Program-made: the position numbers and the translations under genes
Assembly (NCBI GenBank): GCA_965228735.1
Contig: OZ245838.1
Coordinates: forward strand, 1,216,001-1,280,000
Length of the DNA: 64,000 nucleotides
DNA from: Planctomycetota bacterium
GTDB taxonomy: Bacteria > Planctomycetota > UBA1135 > UBA2386
Direction: 5' to 3'
Shown: piece by piece, positions 57,132 through 64,000 of the stretch
Layout: every line of letters begins with the position of its first letter
How positions within the stretch are numbered: the first letter of the stretch is position 1
Notes under the pieces: model-generated
What the model saw: the letters and a program-made list of their open reading frames with translations, nothing else
Database searches by the model: none
Told to the model about the DNA's origin: nothing

Positions 57132-58658
57132 ATGACCGACGCCTACGAAGCCCTGCTCGACCATCACCGCGAGATCTTCCTGTTGGGCTCGACGGCCGCG
57201 CTGCTCGGCTGGGACCAGGAGACGTTCATGCCGGCCGGCGCGGGTTCGACGCGCGCGGACCAGCTCGCCTTGCTCGCGCGGCTGCAGCACGAACGCGCGA
57301 CGGACGCCCGCATCGACGAGTGGCTCGGGCGCTGCGAGAGCGGCGACCGGCAGGACTCGGCCGGGACGGACGACGACCCCGACGGCGCGCTCCGGCGGGC
57401 CAACGTCCGCGGCTTCCGGCGCGACTACGACCGCGCGACCCGCCTGCCGGCGGCGCTCGTCGCCGAGCTCGCCGAGGTCGAGAGCCGCGCGCAGCAGGCC
57501 TGGGCCGACGCCAGGGCACGATCCGACTTCGCGGGCTTTCGGCCGTGGCTCGAACGCATGGTCACGCTGCAGCAGCAGAAGGCCGACTGCCTGCGCCAGG
57601 GCGACCAATCGCGTTGGGACGCGCTCGCCGATCTCTACGAGCCGGGCCTGCGCGCCGCGGACCTCGAGGACCTGTTCGGCCCCCTGCGCGAACGCCTCGT
57701 CGCGCTGCGCGAACGCGTCGCCGGCGGCAACGCGCCCGACGATGCGTTCCTCCGCGCGGAATTCCCGATCGAGAATCAGGCGGCGTTCGTGCGCGCCGTC
57801 GTCACCGCGATGGGCTTCGACTTCACGCGCGGCCGGATCGACCGCAGCGCGCACCCGTTCTGCACCGGCACCGGCGCGGACGTGCGCCTCACGACGCGCT
57901 TCCACAAGGACAACGTGATCGACGCGCTCGGCTCGACGATGCACGAGGGCGGTCACGGCCTCTATGAGCAGGGGCTGCCGCCGGACCGGCGCGGCTCCCC
58001 GCTCGGCGAGGCGGTCTCGCTCGGCATCCACGAGAGCCAGAGCCGGCTGTTCGAGAACCACATCGGCCGCAGCCGCGCGTTCTGGCACTGGTGCTGGCCG
58101 ATCGCGCGCGAGCACCTCGGCGGCGAAACGAGCGGGTTCTCCGGCCACGCCGCCTACCGCGCCGCCAACCGGGTGCAGCCGAGCCTGATTCGCGTCGAGG
58201 CGGACGAGGCGACCTACGATCTGCACATCATGGTGCGCTTCGTGATCGAGCGGGAGCTCATCGCCGGTGACCTCGCCGTCGCGGACCTGCCCGCGCGGTG
58301 GAACGCGCTCTACCTCGACTACCTCGGCGTCGAGGTGCCCGACGACCGCCGCGGCTGCCTGCAGGACGTGCATTGGTCGTGCGGTCTGTTCGGCTATTTC
58401 CCGACCTACACGCTCGGCAACCTGTACGCGGCGCAGTTCGCGGCCGCCGCGGACCGCGCCCTCTCTGGCCGAACCGTCGCGCTGCTGGAGCAGGGCGACT
58501 TCGCGCCGCTGCGCAAGTGGCTGCACGAGAACGTGCACCGCCACGGTCGGCGGTTCGATCCGGCGGAGCTCTGCGAACGCGCGACCGGCGCGCCGCTGTC
58601 GAGCGAGCCGTACATCACCTACCTCGAGACCAAGCTCGCCGAGGTGTACGAACTATGA
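57132..58658 (+). CDS. Carboxypeptidase Taq family (M32)
   Basis: LGWDQET, HPFC, DVRLTTR, HEGGH, HESQSR, IRVEADE, GCLQDVHWS and GYFPTYTLG motifs. Confidence 0.96.
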   Translation: MTDAYEALLDHHREIFLLGSTAALLGWDQETFMPAGAGSTRADQLALLARLQHERATDARIDEWLGRCESGDRQDSAGTDDDPDGALRRANVRGFRRDYDRATRLPAALVAELAEVESRAQQAWADARARSDFAGFRPWLERMVTLQQQKADCLRQGDQSRWDALADLYEPGLRAADLEDLFGPLRERLVALRERVAGGNAPDDAFLRAEFPIENQAAFVRAVVTAMGFDFTRGRIDRSAHPFCTGTGADVRLTTRFHKDNVIDALGSTMHEGGHGLYEQGLPPDRRGSPLGEAVSLGIHESQSRLFENHIGRSRAFWHWCWPIAREHLGGETSGFSGHAAYRAANRVQPSLIRVEADEATYDLHIMVRFVIERELIAGDLAVADLPARWNALYLDYLGVEVPDDRRGCLQDVHWSCGLFGYFPTYTLGNLYAAQFAAAADRALSGRTVALLEQGDFAPLRKWLHENVHRHGRRFDPAELCERATGAPLSSEPYITYLETKLAEVYEL

Positions 58659-61600
58659 AGTCCCCCGCTCGCGTCCTGGCGACGGCGTTGTGGATCGCCG
58701 CGTTGACCCCGGCCCAGCAGCGCACGTCGCTCTCGGGTTCGGACGGGCTCGCGGGTTCGGACTGGACCGTGGACGGTCGCCCCGTGACCGTTCCGGCCGC
58801 GTTCGAGACCGCGCTCGGCAACGACTTCGACGGCGTCGCGCGCTACCGGCGCACGTTTCGCCTGCCGGCCAAGGCCACGCGCCGCGTGCGGCTCGAGTTC
58901 GACGCCGTCGCGACGCACGCGACGGTGATCCTGAACGGCATCGAGTGCGGTCAGCACCTCGGCGGCTGGACGCCGTTCCGCGTCGATGTCACGGCCGCGG
59001 CGAGCTGGGGCGCGGAGAACGTGCTCGAGGTCGTCGTCGACGAGAAGGTCGGACACAACACCCAGGGCTTCCTGCCGATCATCCAGCCGCACTTCGGCGG
59101 CATCTGGCAGGACGTGACGTTGTGCCTCGACGACGGGCCGGTCATCGACCGGCACGGGTTGTTCTTCTTGGGCCAGCTGCCGGGGGCCCAGCTAGCAGAG
59201 GGCCAACGATCGGGGAGCTGGGGCGAGGGCATGCTGCGGTACCGCGTCCCCGTGCTCGACGAGTCGCCGGGCACCGAGCTCATCGTGCGCGTTGGCGACG
59301 CGGAAGCGCGCAGCGCCGGCGGCAACGACGGCACGCTCAGGGTCACCAACCCTGAACCGTGGTCCCCGACGCGCCCGACGCTCTACACGGTCACCGCGGA
59401 GCTGCGATACCTCGGCCGCGTGGTCGACCGCGTCGAACGCCGCGTCGGCTTCCGCGATCTGCGCGCCGACGGCACGACGGTCCTGTGGAACGGCAGCCCG
59501 TTCCAGATGCGCGGCATCCTGCACTGGGGCTACTCGCCGCCGCACCTCGCGCCGCCGACCGGCCGCGAGTACTGGCGCCGGCAGCTCCGCGACTTCAAGA
59601 GCCTCGGCTTCAACTGCGTCAAGTGCTGCCTCTGGGTGCCGCCGCGCTGCTTCTACGAGCTCTGCGACGAGATCGGGCTCGTCGTCTGGCAGGAGTATCC
59701 GACCTGGCATCCGCAGATGGACCAGGCGCACAAAGAGGAGCTGCTGACCGAGTACGGCGAGTTCTTCGGCCACGACCGCAGCCACCCATCCGTCGCGTTC
59801 CGCAGCATCACGTGCGAGACCGGCCACGGCGCGGATCTCGATGTGGTGACGGCGCTGTTCCACGCGTGCAAGGCGGCGTGCCCCGACACGCTCGTCGTCG
59901 ACGACAGCTCGTGGATCGGCTGGCAGCGGATCACCGACTTCTGGGACGAACATCCGTACGGCAACAACACGTGGTTCCCCGGCCGGCTCGAGGACTTCAA
60001 GAAGCACATCGCGGAGAAGGGCGACAAGCCCTTGCTGCTCGGTGAGGCGCTGGCTGGCGACACGTGGGTCGACCTGGACGCGTTCCGCGCCAAACACGGC
60101 GACGGCGATGCGAGCGAGATCTGGTGGCAACCGTGGTGCTGGGACGCGCAACCCGCGATCGAGGACTGGCTCGCGAACGAGTTCGATCAGGCGACCGTCG
60201 ATTCCCTGCTGCCCGAGTCCCGCGCGTTCGCGATGCGAAACCGCAAGTTCCAGATCGAACAGCTGCGGCAGTCGATCCCCGACGCCGGCTATGTCGTCTC
60301 CGTGGCACGCGACTTCGGCAAAGCCCGCATGGGCTTCTACGACGACCAGGACGAGCTGAAATGGAACGCCGACGACTGGGTTTGGCATCGCGACACCATG
60401 ATCTGCCTCGTCGGTGGACCGAGCCGCGTGACCGGCACGGACTTCGCCGACGCGGTCGGAGTGCGGGTATCCCACTTCGGAACGGAGCCGCTGCGCGGCG
60501 AGCTACGGCTGTGGTGCGCGGATCCACCGCGTGAGGTCCGGGTGCCGCTGCAGCTGCAACCCGGCGAGATCAGCGCGCCGATCGGCCTGAACATCGGCCT
60601 GCGCGACGTCGCGGTGGCGCGCTATCGCGTGCACGCCGAGCTCACGGGCACCCACCGCGCCCGCAACGCCTGGGAACATTGGCACGTCGGCCGCGCCACG
60701 CCCAACGTAGCCGGCACCGAGGTCGTCACCGAGCTCACGCCGGCGGTCCTCGATCGGCTGATCGCGGGAGCCCGGGTGCTGCTGCTCGCCGGTGATCGGC
60801 CGGGCTCGGTTCGCACCGAGCACCTCTGGCTGCTCAAGGGCGGCCCGTTCGCGCCGGCGCACTCGGTCCACGCGCGCGTACCGGTCGACCTGCTGCTGCA
60901 GCTGTCGTCCTTCGATCTCGAATCCGAACGCCTCATGCCCTGGGAGCCCTGGATGGGCGAGGTCGATCCGATCCTCGCGTTCTGGGAATCGCACGACATT
61001 CGTGACGTGAAGCTGCACCTGCAGGCATTCGACACGCGGGTCGGCAAGGGGCGGCTGCTCGTGACGAGCCTCGATCTGCGCGGCCCCTGGACGCGCCCCG
61101 GCTACCCCGCGACCCGCGCCGGCGCCGGCCCGTTCGTCGAATCCTGCTTCCGTCACCACCTCGCCCACGGCCCCGCCAGCAAGCGCGCGCTCTCGCAGGC
61201 CACCATCGCCGCCCTGCGCGGCAAGCTCGCCGAGAAGAAGCTCGACCTGCCGACCTGGCGCTTCCGCATGGACCCGGACGACGTCGGCAGGCAGCAGAAC
61301 TGGCACGCCCCCACCACCGACGTGAGCGGCGCCGACTGGCGCGACCTGCAGGCCGGGTCGCACTGGGAGAACCAGGGCGACGACCTGAAGCACTTCACCG
61401 GCATCGGCTGGTATCGCGTCGACGTCGACATCCCGGCGGACTGGCAGGACCTCGACGTGCGCGCGGTGTTCGAAGGCGTCGACGACAGCTTCGATCTCTG
61501 GGTCGACGGCGAGCACCTCGGCAGCTTCGGCGACCCGGTCGAGAAGGTCACGATCTGGCTCGAGCAGCAGGTCCAGGAGCTCGGCCGGCTCACGCCCGGC

Positions 61601-61711
61601 CGCCACACGATCGTGCTCCGGGTCGTCGATCACGCCGGTGCGGGCGGGCTCTGGAAGCCGGTGTTCCTCACCACGGGGCCGATCGGCAGCAAGAGCCGGC
61701 TGCTGCACTGA
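58655..61711 (+). CDS. Secreted GH2-like glycoside hydrolase with a duplicated sugar-binding domain at the C-terminus
   Basis: Signal peptide; GVARYRRTF...LEFDAV...GGWTPF, GGIWQDV, WSPTRPTLY, VGFR, CDEIGLVVWQE and RSHPS motifs; second GIGWYR...FEGVDD...GGLWKPV domain. Confidence 0.88.
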   Translation: MKSPARVLATALWIAALTPAQQRTSLSGSDGLAGSDWTVDGRPVTVPAAFETALGNDFDGVARYRRTFRLPAKATRRVRLEFDAVATHATVILNGIECGQHLGGWTPFRVDVTAAASWGAENVLEVVVDEKVGHNTQGFLPIIQPHFGGIWQDVTLCLDDGPVIDRHGLFFLGQLPGAQLAEGQRSGSWGEGMLRYRVPVLDESPGTELIVRVGDAEARSAGGNDGTLRVTNPEPWSPTRPTLYTVTAELRYLGRVVDRVERRVGFRDLRADGTTVLWNGSPFQMRGILHWGYSPPHLAPPTGREYWRRQLRDFKSLGFNCVKCCLWVPPRCFYELCDEIGLVVWQEYPTWHPQMDQAHKEELLTEYGEFFGHDRSHPSVAFRSITCETGHGADLDVVTALFHACKAACPDTLVVDDSSWIGWQRITDFWDEHPYGNNTWFPGRLEDFKKHIAEKGDKPLLLGEALAGDTWVDLDAFRAKHGDGDASEIWWQPWCWDAQPAIEDWLANEFDQATVDSLLPESRAFAMRNRKFQIEQLRQSIPDAGYVVSVARDFGKARMGFYDDQDELKWNADDWVWHRDTMICLVGGPSRVTGTDFADAVGVRVSHFGTEPLRGELRLWCADPPREVRVPLQLQPGEISAPIGLNIGLRDVAVARYRVHAELTGTHRARNAWEHWHVGRATPNVAGTEVVTELTPAVLDRLIAGARVLLLAGDRPGSVRTEHLWLLKGGPFAPAHSVHARVPVDLLLQLSSFDLESERLMPWEPWMGEVDPILAFWESHDIRDVKLHLQAFDTRVGKGRLLVTSLDLRGPWTRPGYPATRAGAGPFVESCFRHHLAHGPASKRALSQATIAALRGKLAEKKLDLPTWRFRMDPDDVGRQQNWHAPTTDVSGADWRDLQAGSHWENQGDDLKHFTGIGWYRVDVDIPADWQDLDVRAVFEGVDDSFDLWVDGEHLGSFGDPVEKVTIWLEQQVQELGRLTPGRHTIVLRVVDHAGAGGLWKPVFLTTGPIGSKSRLLH

Positions 61712-61792
61712 GCCCACGGCATCGGCCCGCGCGGCCCCGGTTCGAGGCGCACCCTTGAGAAAGGGCCTGCCGCGCCGGATAAGATGCCAGCC

Positions 61793-62365
61793 ATGAAGGT
61801 CTCCAGTATCCAGCCGACTCCGAACCCCAACGCCTTCAAGTTCCTGACCGACGCGACGTTCGCGCCGCCCGGCCAGAACAAGCAGTTCGGCAAGCCCGAG
61901 GACGCCCAGAACGACGTGCTCGCCCAGGGCATGTTCGCGATCCCCGGCATCGAGACCCTGTTCTTCTGCGAGAACTTCGTGACCGTGAGCATGACGGGCG
62001 ACGCCGACTGGCGCGCGGTCGCCGAGCAGGTCACCCGCCTGCTCGAGAGCCACGAGATCGACGAGAGCGCGGCCCAGGCTCCGGCGAGTGGGAGCGAGAG
62101 CGACAACCCGCTCGACAAGCTGCCGAAGGGTGGCGACCCCGAGGTGCTCGGCAAGATCAACGCGCTGCTCGACGACCGCGTGCGCCCGGCGCTCGCCGGC
62201 GACGGCGGCGGCCTCGAGGTCATCGGGCTCGAGGAGAAGACGCTCTACATCCGCTACCAGGGTGCGTGCGGCAGTTGCCCGAGCTCGACCGCCGGCACGC
62301 TGATGGCGATCCAGAACCTGATCCAGAGCGAGATCGACGAAGACCTCGTCGTCGCGCCGTCGTAG
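61793..62365 (+). CDS. nfu: Nfu/NifU-type Fe-S carrier (Nfu_N plus NifU-C)
   Basis: QPTPNPNAFKF, VRPALAGDGG and YQGACGSCPSS motifs. TAAGAT lies 7 nt before ATG 61793. Confidence 0.93.
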   Translation: MKVSSIQPTPNPNAFKFLTDATFAPPGQNKQFGKPEDAQNDVLAQGMFAIPGIETLFFCENFVTVSMTGDADWRAVAEQVTRLLESHEIDESAAQAPASGSESDNPLDKLPKGGDPEVLGKINALLDDRVRPALAGDGGGLEVIGLEEKTLYIRYQGACGSCPSSTAGTLMAIQNLIQSEIDEDLVVAPS

Positions 62366-62396
62366 GCCGGCCGGCCGACGTCGTCGGCCTCTCGTC

Positions 62397-62813
62397 ATGG
62401 CCACCCTGCCGCCGCGCGAGTGTCCCTGGTGCGGCGTTCGCCGCGCGCCGGTCCACGTGCACGGCCACGCCCAGTGCAGCAACTGCGGCATCAACATCGA
62501 GCCCTGCTGCGACGGCGCGGCCGCGGGTGGCGAGATCGCGGAGCAGGCGCTCGCGCCGCTGCGCGCCGACCCGGGCCTGTTCCGGCGGCTCTTCACTCGC
62601 CTCGGCGGCGAGACGGTCACCGTGACCGAGAACTCGCTGTCGTTCGCGCTCGTCGAACAGCTGTCGACCGACGTGCAGACCGCCCGCGACATCATCGCGG
62701 TCGGCGTGCAGATCGGGCAGCTGCAGTCCGCCGGCACGGGGTTGTTCCGGTGCGCGGACGAACCGCCGAACGAGAGCACGTCTGATTCCGGCCGCTCGGA
62801 TCGGCAGCGGTAG
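62397..62813 (+). CDS. Hypothetical protein with an N-terminal Cys/His zinc-ribbon-like motif
   Basis: CPWCG...HVHGHAQCSNCGINIEPCCDG followed by a short helical domain. Confidence 0.7.
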   Translation: MATLPPRECPWCGVRRAPVHVHGHAQCSNCGINIEPCCDGAAAGGEIAEQALAPLRADPGLFRRLFTRLGGETVTVTENSLSFALVEQLSTDVQTARDIIAVGVQIGQLQSAGTGLFRCADEPPNESTSDSGRSDRQR

Positions 62814-62831
62814 CCGCTACCATCCGCAGCG

Positions 62832-64000
62832 ATGCCGGCCCGCGACAGCACGCACCCGATCGACGCGTTCCTGACCGAGCGCCGGGTCACGCTGCTCGTC
62901 GTGCTCATCGGCGCGCTGCTGCGACTCACGGGCCTCACATCGCAGTCGCTCTGGCTCGACGAAGGCTTCTCGCTCGCCGCGGCGACGAGCGCCGATCCGA
63001 CGCCGATCATGTCGACCGACGGCCACCCCCCGCTCTTCGCATCCGTGCTGCGGATCTGGGTCGCGATGTTCGGCCCCGCGGCCGGCACGGCCCGCATGGT
63101 GCCGGCGCTCGCGTCCGTCGCGGCTCTCGCGATCGTCGCCTGGGGCCTGCGAACACGGCGATCCCCGGGCGGCGCTTCGACCCTCGCCCTCACGCTCTAC
63201 GCCGGGCTGCCGTTCCTCGTGTGGTACGCGCGCGAGCTGCGGCCGTACGCGTTCCTCGAACTCGGCGCCGCCGCGATGTTCACGGGCTGGCAGCTCGTGC
63301 GCGCGCGCCGAACGGCGATCGGGCTCGGCGTCGCGGCCGCCGGCGCTGCGTTCGCGATGTGGTCACACTACTTCGGGCTGTTCGCCCTGGGCAGCGTCGC
63401 ATTGCTCGCGATCGTCGACCCGGAGATGCACGGCCCGCGCTGGCGTCTGCCCGCGGTCCTCCTGCTCGCGGGCGCGACTGCGCTGCCGACCTGGGCAGAT
63501 ATGTTGCCGGAACAGATGGCGGTGCCGTGGGGCGCGCAGTGGCGCCTCACCCTCACCTACCTCGTGTCCCTGCCGTTGCGACTCGTCGTCGCCCAAGGTG
63601 GTTCGCTGCCGTCGGCGCTGGTCGGACTCGTCGGACTCGCGCTGGTCGGCTTGCTGCCGTTCGTTCTGCGCACGATCTGGCGCGGCGACGTCGGCTGGAA
63701 CTGGCTGCTCGCCCTGCTCGGGATCACCGCGCCGATCATCGCGACCCTCATCGCGAGCCTGCTCGTCGAACCGCGCTTCACCGCCCGCTACTTCATCATG
63801 GTGCCGCTCTACCTGTGCATCCTGCTCGGGTACGCGGCGACCAGCTGGCCGCGCCGCCGCACCCTGATCGTCGCGGCCGGCATCCTCGCGTTGTTCTCGG
63901 CCACCGACCTCTGGCTCCGCACCGAGGACGTGAACGACGGCTATCGCAGCGCATGCGCCTCCGTCCGCGAACGTTGGCAGCCCGGCGACCGAATCGGCGT
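62832..64000 (+). CDS. GT-C fold membrane glycosyltransferase (PMT/ArnT-like; partial, runs off the right edge)
   Basis: Read manually from ATG 62832: ...LLRLTGLTSQSLWLDEGFS...DGHPPLF...WYARELRPYA...SHYFG...RYF, with many TM helices. Confidence 0.85.
   Translation, partial: MPARDSTHPIDAFLTERRVTLLVVLIGALLRLTGLTSQSLWLDEGFSLAAATSADPTPIMSTDGHPPLFASVLRIWVAMFGPAAGTARMVPALASVAALAIVAWGLRTRRSPGGASTLALTLYAGLPFLVWYARELRPYAFLELGAAAMFTGWQLVRARRTAIGLGVAAAGAAFAMWSHYFGLFALGSVALLAIVDPEMHGPRWRLPAVLLLAGATALPTWADMLPEQMAVPWGAQWRLTLTYLVSLPLRLVVAQGGSLPSALVGLVGLALVGLLPFVLRTIWRGDVGWNWLLALLGITAPIIATLIASLLVEPRFTARYFIMVPLYLCILLGYAATSWPRRRTLIVAAGILALFSATDLWLRTEDVNDGYRSACASVRERWQPGDRIG

Overview
A very GC-rich bacterial chromosomal segment that is mostly core genome. 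By inference it is a Planctomycetota-type organism, given the secreted HEAT-repeat paralogues, the sulfatase, the many secreted proteins sharing a C-terminal beta module, and a planctomycete-type '[19 protein letters not shown]' domain. I can support about 47 protein genes. They include rseP (partial), dxr, purM, suhB-like IMPase, a PfkB kinase, a PaaZ/BoxD-type ALDH, a sulfatase, ald, uppP, mtnA, purC, aroA, a K+/H+ antiporter, cvpA, thiC, a phoB/phoR-like pair, htrA-like protease, an M32 carboxypeptidase, a GH2 hydrolase, nfu and a partial GT-C glycosyltransferase. There is also tRNA-Val(GAC) and a TPP riboswitch. I saw no transposase, integrase, prophage or CRISPR array. The most notable signals are: (1) a 28-bp dif-like Xer recombination site at 45983-46010; (2) three tandem secreted HEAT-repeat paralogues with a conserved mature N-terminus (HGG[QR]YRGPG) and C-terminus (GILDIL), two of them preceded by clean sigma54-type -24/-12 motifs and one carrying a 16-nt repeat array in its predicted 5' leader; (3) a histone-H1-like protein; (4) a shared C-terminal module and a Gln directly after the signal peptide in many secreted proteins; (5) many apparently leaderless genes; (6) recurrent 15-17-bp intergenic tandem repeats; (7) an AroA with Ala at the Gly96-equivalent position. 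All family calls come from motif recognition by eye; no database search was run.
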